Shown: one piece after another, positions 21,325 through 31,624 of the stretch | Numbering within the stretch: position 1 is the stretch's first letter | Layout of the letters: each line of letters begins with the position of its first letter | From: Candidatus Kapaibacteriales bacterium | Lineage (GTDB): Bacteria; Bacteroidota; Ignavibacteria; Kapaibacteriales; UBA2268 | Direction: 5' to 3' | DNA length: 64,000 nt | Assembly: GCA_965661945.1 (NCBI GenBank) | Contig: CBFIFP010000001.1 | Span: 777,103-841,102, forward strand | The notes under the pieces: generated by a model | What the model saw: the letters and a program-made list of their open reading frames with translations, nothing else | Database searches by the model: none | What the model was told of the DNA's origin: nothing | Program-made: the position numbers and the translations under genes

Positions 21325-21397
21325 CACGGGTGGTAGGACTCGAACCCACAGCCTACGGTTTTGGAGACCGCCACTCTACCAATTGAGCTACACCCGT
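21325..21397 (-). tRNA. tRNA-Trp (anticodon CCA)
   Basis: Cloverleaf folded by hand: acceptor ACGGGTG/CACCCGT, anticodon loop CTCCAAA, T-arm GTGGG-TTCGAGT-CCTAC. CCA is not fully encoded. Confidence 0.85.
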
Positions 21398-21436
21398 AAA
21401 AATTAATGCGAGCGTCCAAAAACCTGTAAGATGACG

Positions 21437-21508
<72 letters not shown>

Positions 21509-21515
21509 GGATTAG

Positions 21516-21588
21516 AGCGGAAGACGAGACTCGAACCCGCAACCCTCAGCTTGGAAGGCTGATGCTCTACCAATTGAGCTACTTCCGC
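21516..21588 (-). tRNA. tRNA-Gly (anticodon TCC)
   Basis: Acceptor GCGGAAG/CTTCCGC, anticodon stem-loop TCAGC-CTTCCAA-GCTGA, T-loop TTCGAGT. Confidence 0.85.
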
Positions 21589-21606
21589 ATTTATATCCTT
21601 AATTTG

Positions 21607-21689
21607 TGGGCAGAGAAGGATTCGAACCTCCGTAGGAGTACTCCAACAGATTTACAGTCTGCCCCGTTTAACCACTTCGGTATCTGCCC
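21607..21689 (-). tRNA. tRNA-Tyr (anticodon GTA), type II with long variable arm
   Basis: Acceptor GGGCAGA/TCTGCCC, anticodon stem-loop GCAGA-CTGTAAA-TCTGT, long variable arm, T-loop TTCGAAT. Confidence 0.85.
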
Positions 21690-21923
21690 AAAAAATGAAA
21701 TCCTAATAATATTAAATATTACTTATGAATTTTAATTTCTATAATTTAATTTTAAGAACTATATTCTTTTAAGAGCTGTTATCATTAATAAAGGTAAACT
21801 TTTTTAAGACCGGCTCAAAAAGAATTACAAAATTAAAGGTTATTTTTGATATTTCCAAATTATTTTTTAAAAATGTTTATTATTTTTTTAACATTCTGTA
21901 TTTTTATTTTATTAAAATAATTA

Positions 21924-22748
21924 TTAAAACATCTCAGATTGATCTTGATTTTTATTTAATAACTTAAAAAACCTTAATTCTTCTTCAGTGTTTTCAATAT
22001 TTTTATCTATTCCACCGTATCTATTTATACTTTCTTTTACTTGATAAATTACATTATTTAAATCCTGGTTAATATCATAAGTAGTGTATCTTAAAACATT
22101 CCACCCCTTACTTTTTAGATTATTATCTCTTATTTTATCATATTTTACATCCTTTTCGCTCAGATGGTAAGCATCCCCATCACATTCTATAGCTAACTTT
22201 ATATTTTTGCAAAACAATGCAAAATCAATAAAATAATTAAAACTCTTTATTTTTTCGTGAAATTCTCTTTCAGCAGGTATCATATTCTTTTTTAATTCCT
22301 TCCATAATTTTTCTTCTATTGAAGATCCAAGATATAAATCATTTATTTCATCGGCAGAAAGAAATTTTTTCATATTTGAATTTATAAATATGATAATTCT
22401 TCTTTTTTTACTTAATATAGGTTTTTCTAGTTTTATTAGATCTTCTATTTCAATTTTATAATATTTATCATATGTCTTGTCATTATATAGTTCATTTGGA
22501 AATAGTTCATTTCTTTCTACAATTTTAACATTCTTAACTTTTGAATAATATCTTACTTGAAATCCATCTTCTCCAAAAATTTTTCCTTGGTAAAAACCAA
22601 TATACTTTATACTTCCATCAATGACCATTTTTGGAACACTCTTTATTCTTTTGGTAGGAATCCTATACCAACCATATTTAAAAAGATAAATGAAATCATT
22701 ATTATCTTTAATAAGTGCAATTAAAATTTTTGAATCTGCATTTTTCAT
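21924..22748 (-). CDS. DUF559 (Vsr-like PD-(D/E)xK) endonuclease-domain protein with an uncharacterised ~140-aa N-terminal domain
   Basis: The C-terminal half EEKLWKELKKN...IDFALFCKNIKLAIECDGDAYH...YDKIRDNNLKSKGWNVLRYTTYDI fits the DUF559 pattern (ElDGxxH...D..RD..L...G..VlR). The N-terminal 140 aa (YGWYRIPTKRIK...) has no motif I can place. Confidence 0.6.
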   Translation of the reverse strand: MKNADSKILIALIKDNNDFIYLFKYGWYRIPTKRIKSVPKMVIDGSIKYIGFYQGKIFGEDGFQVRYYSKVKNVKIVERNELFPNELYNDKTYDKYYKIEIEDLIKLEKPILSKKRRIIIFINSNMKKFLSADEINDLYLGSSIEEKLWKELKKNMIPAEREFHEKIKSFNYFIDFALFCKNIKLAIECDGDAYHLSEKDVKYDKIRDNNLKSKGWNVLRYTTYDINQDLNNVIYQVKESINRYGGIDKNIENTEEELRFFKLLNKNQDQSEMF

Positions 22749-22878
22749 AACTTAAAATTAAAAAAAAATGTTATCAAATGCAATAAAATAAGCATATTTT
22801 ATCTTATGTTTTTTTTATTAAAGAATTTATTATTAATTTTGTAATCTGTATTTTACAAATTTTAAAATTTGAGATTTT

Positions 22879-24306
22879 ATGTCTGCTGAAATGAATAATG
22901 AGAATAATGAAGTTACTAATGTTGAAGTTAATGAAGAAGTAACTGCTAATGAGGTTGAAACTGAAAATGTTAATGAAGTTGAAACTAAAGAATCTACTAA
23001 TGAAAATATTATAAACACGGACGATAAAGCTAACTCTAATGAAGTTGCTGAAATTGCTGTTAACAATAATGACTCTGTAGAAAAAAACAATGAAGTTAAA
23101 GAAAGCGAAGCTCCCAAACCAGTAGAGCCAGAAATGAGCGCTGAAGATAAAAGTAAAATAGAAGAAGAGCTTAAAGGTTTACATTCTTCTAATAGCCCTA
23201 TAGAAGTGAACATTAAAGAAAGTGCTATTGGTGGTTATAGAGTTACCTATAAAAATTATACTTTATTTTTACCTATTTCTCACGTTTCAGTTAGAAAAAA
23301 ACCTGATAATGATGAAGTTGAAAAACTAAAAAATGAACCATTCGAAGTTCTTATCCAAGATATTAAAGACTTAAATGGAAGTTTAACTTTTGTTGTATCA
23401 AGAAGAAAATTATTAGAATCTAAAGTTTGGGATTCAATAAATGTTGGTGATGAAATTGAAGGTAGAATAACTTCAATTACAACTTTTGGAGTTTTTGTTG
23501 ATTTAGGAGGAATAGAGGGCTTAGTTCATATCTCTCGCTTAGCTAAATTCAGAGTTAATAAAGCTTCTGATTTTTGTAAAAAAGGTGATACTCTTAAAGT
23601 TGTTGTAATTGAAATTGATAAAGAAAATAAAAAAATATCTCTTAGCCACCAAGAATTTACTAAAAGTCCTTGGGAAGGTGTTGAAGAGAAATACCCTAAA
23701 GATTCCAAGCATAAAGCAAAAGTTAAAAGGTTTACACCTTATGGAGCTTATTTAGAATTAGCCCCAGGAATTGAAGGGCTTCTTCGAAATGGTGAAATAT
23801 CATGGACTAAAAGATTCAAAGAACCACAACAAGTTTTAAAAATTGATTCTGAAATTGAAGTACTTGTAAAAGATATTAACACCACAAAAGAAAATATGGC
23901 GCTTAGTATCAAAGCACTAATCGAGAATCCTTGGAACGATTTGAAAGAAAGATTCCCAGTTGATTCTGTATATTTTGCTAAAGTTAGTGAAATAAATCAA
24001 AAAGGTGTTGTTTTTGAAATCAATGATGAAATTGATGGATTTATGCCAAAAAGCAAAATTGGTGGTAATAGAAATTCGCCAATACCTTACAAAGTTGGCG
24101 AAAGCATTGAGGTTAAAATTGCTGAAATAGTTCCTGAAAATGAATCATTAATTTTAAGACCAAATGTAGAAATAGAACAAACTACACCTAATGACAGACC
24201 CGAAAAAATTGACCCTAAATTTAAGAAATCATCTAAAAATAATGGCTTCTCATTAGGTGAACTTCTTTCAGAAGCAGTTTTAACTGATTTAAACAAAATC
24301 GGTTGA
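22879..24306 (+). CDS. S1 RNA-binding domain protein (about four S1 repeats) with an acidic low-complexity N-terminus
   Basis: Repeated OB/S1 signatures (GDEIEGRITSITTFGVFVDLGGIEGLVHIS; KAKVKRFTPYGAYLELAPGIEGLL; YFAKVSEINQKGVVFEINDEIDGFMP; GESIEVKIAEIV). The first ~80 aa are an E/N/V repeat (NEVETENVNEVE). Confidence 0.7.
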   Translation: MSAEMNNENNEVTNVEVNEEVTANEVETENVNEVETKESTNENIINTDDKANSNEVAEIAVNNNDSVEKNNEVKESEAPKPVEPEMSAEDKSKIEEELKGLHSSNSPIEVNIKESAIGGYRVTYKNYTLFLPISHVSVRKKPDNDEVEKLKNEPFEVLIQDIKDLNGSLTFVVSRRKLLESKVWDSINVGDEIEGRITSITTFGVFVDLGGIEGLVHISRLAKFRVNKASDFCKKGDTLKVVVIEIDKENKKISLSHQEFTKSPWEGVEEKYPKDSKHKAKVKRFTPYGAYLELAPGIEGLLRNGEISWTKRFKEPQQVLKIDSEIEVLVKDINTTKENMALSIKALIENPWNDLKERFPVDSVYFAKVSEINQKGVVFEINDEIDGFMPKSKIGGNRNSPIPYKVGESIEVKIAEIVPENESLILRPNVEIEQTTPNDRPEKIDPKFKKSSKNNGFSLGELLSEAVLTDLNKIG

Positions 24307-24331
24307 TTAATTGAATATTTAAAAATTAAAT

Positions 24332-24358
24332 AGCAGGTTCATTGAATCTGCTTTTTTT
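24332..24358 (+). terminator. rho-independent terminator after the S1-domain gene
   Basis: agcag...ctgct hairpin followed by ttttttt. Confidence 0.55.
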
Positions 24359-24432
24359 GTTTTAAGGTATAAATAGAAATAATTTATAATTTTATTGTTA
24401 AATTTGTTATTTATTTTTGAATCGAACCAAAA

Positions 24433-25887
24433 TTGATAATTATTTTATACATATTGTTTGCCTCATTTCTAAATTCATTTCAAATTGATAATAAATTAAA
24501 TTTACAATTTGAAAGGGGTTATCAATCTCATACCTCAGACTTTAGAACAATAGATTCAACTCCTACATGTTGTTTTAATATTAATAATGGAACCTCCCTT
24601 TCAAATGGTCTACTTTTAAATTATAGATTTAAAGTTTTTAAAAAATTATATCTCGGTATTGGATTTGATTACAGACGACTTAAAGGAAAAATGAATTCTT
24701 TTTTAGAAGAAGAAATAAGCATTGAAGGAATCAACTATCTCGGAAGATTTGAATATGCAGTTGAGCATAAAACTGATATGCTGTTTTTAAATCTTGGAAT
24801 AGATTATAATGTATATAAAGATTTATATTTTGGATTTAATTTTGGAACTAATAGTATAATAAATTTAAACTATTATCAATATGAGAAATTAATCTCACCA
24901 TCAGATAGAGGTTACTTTCTTCAAGAAGATGGAGTAAGAACCAGGCGAAATAATGAATTTAGAGGGGATATCAAAACAAGTGCTTTGAATTATAATATTG
25001 GAGCAAAAGTTTTTTATGAACTACCAATCAACAAAAAGAAAACTTTAAACATTACTCCAACAATAGGGTATAATTTATTCATCGGAGAGTTAATTGAAAA
25101 CACAAATTGGTCTTTTAATTCAGTAAACCTTACTATGGGTATAAATTATTATTTTCATAAGGATACATCAAATTATGAAGTTGATAAAAATATTGATAAA
25201 ACCTTGCTTATTGCTCCTGTAATAATAACAAAAGGTCGAGAAGTTTTTAGAAATGAATTAGAATATGAAGTAATAAATTATAATGTTGAAATTATTGACA
25301 TTGGGCTTACTGAAAAAATAAAAAAAATAGAAATAAAGAAAAAAACTCCATTAGATGATACATTAAGGTTGTTTTATAAGTTTGGTAAATTTAATAATAT
25401 TCAAAACTTAGAACTAGAAATAAATTATGACAAATCTCAAACCACAAGAAATTTAGATTTACTAAGTGATAAAATAGACTTTAAAATTGATGATTTATTA
25501 GATTATTATGAAGATAAAGTAACTTATAATCTAAAATTAATAGATAAACAAAAAGTTTATTCTAAAGGAAATTATACTTTTGAAGAAAAAGTATACTACT
25601 CCAATAATATTGTCATTAATCAAAAAAAATCATTTGATAAAAATTATAATATTAAACTGATAAAATGGAGAGGGGAAACAGAAAAAAATAGAATTTTTGA
25701 ATTAATTAAATCGAATGTCAATGATATTAATAAAATAGAATCGATACAATCAAATAGTGAGTATGGTTTAAAATTAATTCAAGAATCAGACAATCCACGC
25801 ATTTCTTACAATGATAATGATGAGTTAGTTAAAGTATTAAAAAGTTTTATTGGAATTGATTACTACATAATATTAAATGAAAATTAA
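24433..25887 (+). CDS. hypothetical protein, probably outer-membrane/beta-barrel-like; TTG start
   Basis: 484 aa. The only start candidate after the in-frame stop at 24418 is TTG. It has a hydrophobic N-terminus and alternating aromatic/polar strands (GIGFDYR, LNLGIDYNVY, GFNFGTNS) typical of beta-barrels. No recognised domain. Confidence 0.45.
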   Translation: MIIILYILFASFLNSFQIDNKLNLQFERGYQSHTSDFRTIDSTPTCCFNINNGTSLSNGLLLNYRFKVFKKLYLGIGFDYRRLKGKMNSFLEEEISIEGINYLGRFEYAVEHKTDMLFLNLGIDYNVYKDLYFGFNFGTNSIINLNYYQYEKLISPSDRGYFLQEDGVRTRRNNEFRGDIKTSALNYNIGAKVFYELPINKKKTLNITPTIGYNLFIGELIENTNWSFNSVNLTMGINYYFHKDTSNYEVDKNIDKTLLIAPVIITKGREVFRNELEYEVINYNVEIIDIGLTEKIKKIEIKKKTPLDDTLRLFYKFGKFNNIQNLELEINYDKSQTTRNLDLLSDKIDFKIDDLLDYYEDKVTYNLKLIDKQKVYSKGNYTFEEKVYYSNNIVINQKKSFDKNYNIKLIKWRGETEKNRIFELIKSNVNDINKIESIQSNSEYGLKLIQESDNPRISYNDNDELVKVLKSFIGIDYYIILNEN

Positions 25888-25963
25888 ATTTATAAAATAT
25901 AGCGTATTTAAAGTATATATAAGATTATCAAACTTGGTACAAGAATATATACAAAAGCTAAAG

Positions 25964-28039
25964 ATGACTGAACATCTTTATCTGATGATTATTGCTGCAA
26001 TAATTGGCTTAATAGGTGGTTTTGGTGCAATATTAATAAAATATGCAGTTCATTTTATTTCAGACCTAACATTTGTTGGAGGGGAAAATTTAATAGATAG
26101 TGTTATAAAAACCCCATGGTATTTTGTAGTTACAATCCCTGCTATCGGAGGATTGATAGTAGGTCCGCTTGTCCATTTCTTCGCACCGGAAACTAGAGGT
26201 CACGGAATACCCGAAGTTATGCAAGCAATATTAACAAAAGGTGGAGTTATAAGACCCAGGGTTGCCCTTATTAAAGCTTTAGCTTCTTCGATAACTATCG
26301 GTACTGGAGGTAGTGTTGGTAAAGAAGGACCCATAGTACAAATTGGATCATCAATTGGCTCAATGATTGGTCAATTTTTAAGAATACCTACATCAAGAAT
26401 GAGAGTGTTGGTTGGCTGTGGTGCGGCTGCCGGAATAGCTGGTGCTTTTAATGCACCAGTAGCAGGTGCATTATTTGCTATTGAAATAATTTTAATGGAC
26501 TTTGCGGTAAGCTCATTTTCACCGATTGTAATATCTTCGGTTATTGCAACTGTTGTTTCTCACAGCTTTGTTGGTAATTTTGCAGAATTTAATGTTGAAA
26601 ATTTTGAATGGGTTAGCGCATGGGAAGTACTTTCATATATACTATTAGGAGCGTTAACAGGTATAATATCATATATTTTTATTAAAATCTTATATCAGAC
26701 AGAAGATTTTTGGGATAACAAAATCAAACTAAAGCCATATATAAAACCTGTTTTTGGTGGCTTGATTATCGGACTTATGGCGCTTGTCTTTCCGGAGATA
26801 ATAGGTGTTGGTTATGATGGTATAAATATGGCTATAAATGGAAATCAAATAGAGTATAATGGCTTAGGCAACAATTTTTTTGATAAATTAGGTTATTTTA
26901 ACATCACTAATACATTTTGGTTTGTTGCTTTGGCATTAGTTTTTGTTAAAATTCTTGCATCTTCAATAACTCTAGCATCTGGTTTATCAGGCGGTGTTTT
27001 TGCCCCAAGTTTATTTGTTGGAGCAATGTTTGGTGCATTTTTTGGATACGTAGTTCATTACTTTTTTCCTGAACAAACAGCTAATTCTGGCGCCTATGCT
27101 TTAGTAGCTATGGGAGGTTTGGTTGCGGGAACAACCCGCGCTCCAATTACTGCAATACTAATTATTTTTGAATTAACAAAAGAAAATGATATAATTTTGC
27201 CGCTAATGCTGACTTGTATTGGCTCTGTTATAGTCTCAACAAAACTATCAAGAGAATCAATTTATACTCTTAAATTACTACAAAAAAATATAAATTATAA
27301 AGATGGACCAGAGAGTAACATATTAAAAAATATATTTGTTACAGACGTAATCAACAAAGATTATAAAATTATACCTGATAATACTAACTTTAATGATTTG
27401 GTAAATTCATTATTAAATTATAAATTTAACATTCTTTTTGTGCAAAATTTAAATTCAGAATTAATTGGTGTAATCACTCTTAATGATATTAAAGACTATT
27501 TATTTGAAAAGGAAGAGTTAAATCAATTATTAATAGCTGCTGATATAGCAAACACAAATTACCCTACTTTACTTTCAGGCATTACTTGTAACGATGCCTT
27601 AGAACTTATGAATAAAACTGGTTATGATTGTTTGCCTGTTTTAAAAAATGATGAATCAAGAAAACAAATAGGAGTTGTTTGGAGAAAAGATATAGATTTT
27701 GCATATCAAAAAGAAACAGAAAGATTAGAAGTTACATCTGACTTGGCTACTCGGATTATGCTGGATAATAACGAGAAACAAGTTCATTTCCTTGAAGGAT
27801 ACCTGGTTGCAGAGATAAAAGTTCCAAACTCATTAATAGGAAAATCACTTATTGAAGCAAAAATTAGAAATAATTACGGTATAGATGTGCTTTCTATAAA
27901 ACAAACTATAAACGATGGTCGTAGTAAAAAGAATATTATAAAGGCAATCCCTGATGCTACCCAAATTCTTAAAGAAAAAGATATTTTAGTAGTTGCAGGA
28001 GAAACCGAAAAAATTAACAAATTCAAATCATTAAGTTGA
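25964..28039 (+). CDS. ClC-family chloride channel/transporter with C-terminal CBS pair and TrkA-C (RCK_C) domain
   Basis: ClC selectivity motifs GHGIPE, GKEGP and GVFAPSLF are present. CBS-like repeats follow the TM core, and the last ~90 aa (AEIKVPNSLIGKSLIEAKIRNNYGIDVLSIK...ILVVAG) are a TrkA-C fold. The ORF is open from 25877; the Met at 25964 is preferred because it does not overlap the upstream gene. Confidence 0.8.
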   Translation: MTEHLYLMIIAAIIGLIGGFGAILIKYAVHFISDLTFVGGENLIDSVIKTPWYFVVTIPAIGGLIVGPLVHFFAPETRGHGIPEVMQAILTKGGVIRPRVALIKALASSITIGTGGSVGKEGPIVQIGSSIGSMIGQFLRIPTSRMRVLVGCGAAAGIAGAFNAPVAGALFAIEIILMDFAVSSFSPIVISSVIATVVSHSFVGNFAEFNVENFEWVSAWEVLSYILLGALTGIISYIFIKILYQTEDFWDNKIKLKPYIKPVFGGLIIGLMALVFPEIIGVGYDGINMAINGNQIEYNGLGNNFFDKLGYFNITNTFWFVALALVFVKILASSITLASGLSGGVFAPSLFVGAMFGAFFGYVVHYFFPEQTANSGAYALVAMGGLVAGTTRAPITAILIIFELTKENDIILPLMLTCIGSVIVSTKLSRESIYTLKLLQKNINYKDGPESNILKNIFVTDVINKDYKIIPDNTNFNDLVNSLLNYKFNILFVQNLNSELIGVITLNDIKDYLFEKEELNQLLIAADIANTNYPTLLSGITCNDALELMNKTGYDCLPVLKNDESRKQIGVVWRKDIDFAYQKETERLEVTSDLATRIMLDNNEKQVHFLEGYLVAEIKVPNSLIGKSLIEAKIRNNYGIDVLSIKQTINDGRSKKNIIKAIPDATQILKEKDILVVAGETEKINKFKSLS

Positions 28040-28048
28040 GGAGCATCA

Positions 28049-30781
28049 ATGAAAAAAATTTTATTAATTTCGCTTTTAATATCACTCTCTTTGTATAGTA
28101 AAGAATATAAATTCTTTGGCTTGGAAGATGCAATGAAATTTGAAAATTACACTTTCAAAATGATAAGTGATAATGGAGATTGGATTATTTATGGTTTAAA
28201 ACCAGATAGAGGCGATGGAAAAACTGTAATCCAAAGTACTAGAAATGATACTACTATTTATCAAATTCCTAGAGCAACAAGAGCAATCACATCAGAAATT
28301 GCAAATTACGTAGCTTTAAAAGTAGAACCTGACTTTCTACAAAAAGAGAATCTTAAAAAAGATCAACTTAAAGATACATTGTATCTTTTAAATACTCAAA
28401 ATGGTAATATAACTAAAACTCCAAATGTATCTAAATTTCAAATCTCTAATAATGGCAAATGGTTATTTTATTCATTAAATGAAGAGAATGCAAACAAAAA
28501 AGATGGTAATAATTATTACTTAAAGCATTTAAACTCTAATTCTGATATAATAGTTAATAATGTTAATAATATTTCATTTGACTCTACATCATCTTATTTA
28601 ATTTATACAAAAACAAGCGAAAATAATGATGCAAATGGAATATATTTTAGAAATTTAAATAACGAATTTGCTCCAGAGGTTACTATCCAGAAAGATACTA
28701 ATTATCTCTTCGAAGATTTCGAACATAATATTGATTTTGATAAAATAGTTTATAAACTTGCAAAATTAGATAGCAACAAAACGGCTTACAAGTATCAATT
28801 AAATATTTATGATTTTTTCACTAAAGAAGTGAATTCAGTAGCAAAAGAAGATGAATTTGAAGATTGGTTTATACCAAAATATTCAAAACTCAAATGGACT
28901 GACGCTGGTTTAAGATTATTTTATGGCGTAAAACCATTATCAGAGTATATACCTGAAGATAAGGATGATAAAAATAAATATAAATTGGATAATTATTATG
29001 ACTTAAACAAAATTCTTTCTGAAACAGATTTATATTTGTGGCATAATGATGATAATAAAATTATTACTCAAAAAAGAACTGAGTGGAATAAAGAAAAAAA
29101 TAAAACCTACACGGCAGTTTTCCACTTACGAGGCAATAATAATGTTCGTTTGGGAGATATAAATTTACCAGAGATTGAATATACAGAAAATACAATTTAT
29201 ACAATCGGATACGACCCAACTCCTTATGAAAAATTAATTACTTATGATGGATGGTATTATGATTTGTACTACATAGATTTATTTTCTGGTGAAAAAACAT
29301 TGATTGAAAAAGGATTATACAATAGTGCCTATATCTCTGATTTCAACCCACATGTTACTTATTTCAAAGATGAACACTGGCATTTTTATGATATTACTCA
29401 AAATATTAAAACAAACATTACTAACAAACTTAAAAACACCAAATTTTATGATGAACTAAACGACACTCCACAAAAACCAAGAGCTTATGGGGCTGCTGGT
29501 TGGGGCGAAGAATGTAAAACCTTTATCATTTATGATAGATATGATGTTTGGGAGGTTTTATTACCAAGTTGTTCTATAATAAACTTGAATCAAGGTTCTG
29601 GTAGAATGGAAAATAGTACAATAAGAATAGTTAACTTGCATCATGATAGAAAATATATTGACCATACTGTTTCTGTTTATCTTCAATCATTTAATAACAA
29701 TGATAAAAGTAATAAACTTATCCACCTTAGGGATAGAGCAGAATTTTACACTTTAGGTGATTCAGTTTACTGGGCTTATGAGTTTAAAGCAAAGCACACA
29801 AACGATGTTATAGTTTCTAGAAAATCTTATGATATTTTCCCTGATTTATACTTAACAAATGATAAATTAGAAGAGCCAAAAAAACTAACAAATATCCATC
29901 CAGAAATAAAAGAATATAACTGGGGATACACTGAAATGGTGAAATATACTAATTCAGTTGGAGATACACTCCAAGGATTTGTAATAAAACCAAATAACTT
30001 CGACCCCAATAAAAAATACCCTTTACTTGTATATTTCTATGAAAGATTCTCACAGCTAAGACATCAATTTACAGCACCACGAATCTTACACAGACCTATT
30101 TATCAATGGTATATAAGTCAAGGATATTGTATGTTTTTTCCAGATATAAAATTTTATGATGGAAAACCAGGTGATTCTGGATTAGATGCCGTAGTATCAG
30201 GATGCCAATCACTTGTAGATGATGGATTTATCGATAAAGATAAAATAGCAATTCATGGGCACTCATGGAGTGGTTATCAGTCTGCATATTTTATCACACA
30301 AACTGACTTTTTCAAAGCATGTGTTTCAGGCGCTCCTGTATCAAATATGACATCTGCTTATTCAGGAATTAGATTAGGCAGTGGGTTGGCAAGACAATTT
30401 CAATATGAAAAAGCACAAAGTAGAATTGGTGGAAATATCGTTGATTCATTAGATGCTTATATAGCAAACTCGCCAGTTTTCTTTGCGGATAAAATAAATA
30501 CTCCTCTTCTGATAATGTTTGGAGATAAAGACGATGCAGTTCCTTGGGAGCAAGGTATAGAATTATATCTTGCTTGCCGTAGATTTGATAAAGAATGTAT
30601 AATGCTGCAATACGAAAATGAGCCGCATCATCTTAAAAAGTATGCAAATAAACTTGACTATACTATTAAAATGAAACAGTTTTTTGACCACTACGTTCTC
30701 GGCAAAGAGCCAGCAAAGTGGATAACAGACGGAATACAATATAAAGGTAAATCTCAGATTATGGAAGTTGATAGACCATAA
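28049..30781 (+). CDS. S9-family (prolyl oligopeptidase/acylaminoacyl-peptidase-like) serine peptidase, secreted
   Basis: 910 aa with a signal peptide and a long beta-propeller-like N-terminal region. The C-terminal alpha/beta hydrolase domain has the nucleophile elbow HGHSWSGY plus later Asp/His (GDKDDAVPW...EPHH). Confidence 0.8.
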   Translation: MKKILLISLLISLSLYSKEYKFFGLEDAMKFENYTFKMISDNGDWIIYGLKPDRGDGKTVIQSTRNDTTIYQIPRATRAITSEIANYVALKVEPDFLQKENLKKDQLKDTLYLLNTQNGNITKTPNVSKFQISNNGKWLFYSLNEENANKKDGNNYYLKHLNSNSDIIVNNVNNISFDSTSSYLIYTKTSENNDANGIYFRNLNNEFAPEVTIQKDTNYLFEDFEHNIDFDKIVYKLAKLDSNKTAYKYQLNIYDFFTKEVNSVAKEDEFEDWFIPKYSKLKWTDAGLRLFYGVKPLSEYIPEDKDDKNKYKLDNYYDLNKILSETDLYLWHNDDNKIITQKRTEWNKEKNKTYTAVFHLRGNNNVRLGDINLPEIEYTENTIYTIGYDPTPYEKLITYDGWYYDLYYIDLFSGEKTLIEKGLYNSAYISDFNPHVTYFKDEHWHFYDITQNIKTNITNKLKNTKFYDELNDTPQKPRAYGAAGWGEECKTFIIYDRYDVWEVLLPSCSIINLNQGSGRMENSTIRIVNLHHDRKYIDHTVSVYLQSFNNNDKSNKLIHLRDRAEFYTLGDSVYWAYEFKAKHTNDVIVSRKSYDIFPDLYLTNDKLEEPKKLTNIHPEIKEYNWGYTEMVKYTNSVGDTLQGFVIKPNNFDPNKKYPLLVYFYERFSQLRHQFTAPRILHRPIYQWYISQGYCMFFPDIKFYDGKPGDSGLDAVVSGCQSLVDDGFIDKDKIAIHGHSWSGYQSAYFITQTDFFKACVSGAPVSNMTSAYSGIRLGSGLARQFQYEKAQSRIGGNIVDSLDAYIANSPVFFADKINTPLLIMFGDKDDAVPWEQGIELYLACRRFDKECIMLQYENEPHHLKKYANKLDYTIKMKQFFDHYVLGKEPAKWITDGIQYKGKSQIMEVDRP

Positions 30782-30819
30782 TTTATATATTTTTTGAACT
30801 CAATAACTCAAGTTTTTAT

Positions 30820-30850
30820 AGGAATACCATTAGGTATTCCTATTTTTTTA
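30820..30850 (+). terminator. rho-independent terminator after the S9 peptidase gene
   Basis: A perfect 9-bp stem aggaatacc/ggtattcct with loop atta, followed by attttttta. Confidence 0.6.
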
Positions 30851-30964
30851 TGATTTTTTTTTATTCTATTTGACAAATATGATAAGTAAAATAATCCTTA
30901 TTTTAAATTATTGTTTATTTGTTTAAATTTTTCTTTTTAAATTTGTAAAAATTTAAAGTTTAAA

Positions 30965-31624
30965 ATGGATAATTTTTATAAATTTCATAATAATAACTCG
31001 CTAAAAATAAACACTATTTGGTGCATTGGAAGAAATTATGCTGAACACGCTAAGGAGATGGGCGCAAAAGTTGAGGAAAAACCAGTTGTTTTCATAAAAC
31101 CATCTAGTGCTGCTACAAATAATGATTTAATCAGTTTACCTAGTTATTCTAATGAAGTTCACTTTGAGTGTGAAATAGTAATAGTAATAGGAAAAGACGC
31201 TTACAATATTGAAGCAAACACTGCTCATGAATATATTGCTGGAGTAGGTCTTGGTTTAGATTTAACTTTAAGAGATATTCAATCTGAACTAAAGAAAAAA
31301 TCACTTCCATGGGCATTATCAAAAAGTTTTTATGGCTCTGCTCCAATCTCCTCAATTATAGAAAATAATGAGGTAAATAAATTAAATTTAGATAAATTAG
31401 AATTTCAATTTTTTGTAAATGATGAATTAAGACAAACTGGAAAAGTAAGTGATATGATTTTTTCATTTGCTGAGCTTATCTCTTTCATTTCTAAAAGATT
31501 TTCTTTGCAAAAAGGAGATTGTATTTTTACTGGAACCCCAGCGGGTGTTGGTAAATTAAACAAAAATGACAAACTAAAAGCTTCCTTAAATAATATATTA
31601 AACTGGGAATTAAAAGTAGTATGA
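30965..31624 (+). CDS. fumarylacetoacetate hydrolase (FAH) family protein
   Basis: 219 aa. IWCIGRNYAEHAKEMG...PVVFIKPSSA...ECEIVIVIGKD is the FAH-family core. Confidence 0.75.
   Translation: MDNFYKFHNNNSLKINTIWCIGRNYAEHAKEMGAKVEEKPVVFIKPSSAATNNDLISLPSYSNEVHFECEIVIVIGKDAYNIEANTAHEYIAGVGLGLDLTLRDIQSELKKKSLPWALSKSFYGSAPISSIIENNEVNKLNLDKLEFQFFVNDELRQTGKVSDMIFSFAELISFISKRFSLQKGDCIFTGTPAGVGKLNKNDKLKASLNNILNWELKVV

Noticed and set aside
21690-21923. Additional tRNA (expected leading tRNA-Thr) upstream of tRNA-Tyr
   Set aside because: Manual inspection found no cloverleaf-compatible segment. The region is uniformly AT-rich promoter-like DNA.
22833-23213. 126-aa Ser/Leu-rich ORF antisense to the S1-domain gene N-terminus
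   Set aside because: It is the complement of the GAA/AAT-rich acidic repeat and carries no independent signal.
25877-25963. Upstream extension of the ClC gene from 25877
   Set aside because: It would overlap the preceding ORF's end and adds a non-conserved basic leader. The Met at 25964 precedes the first TM helix directly.
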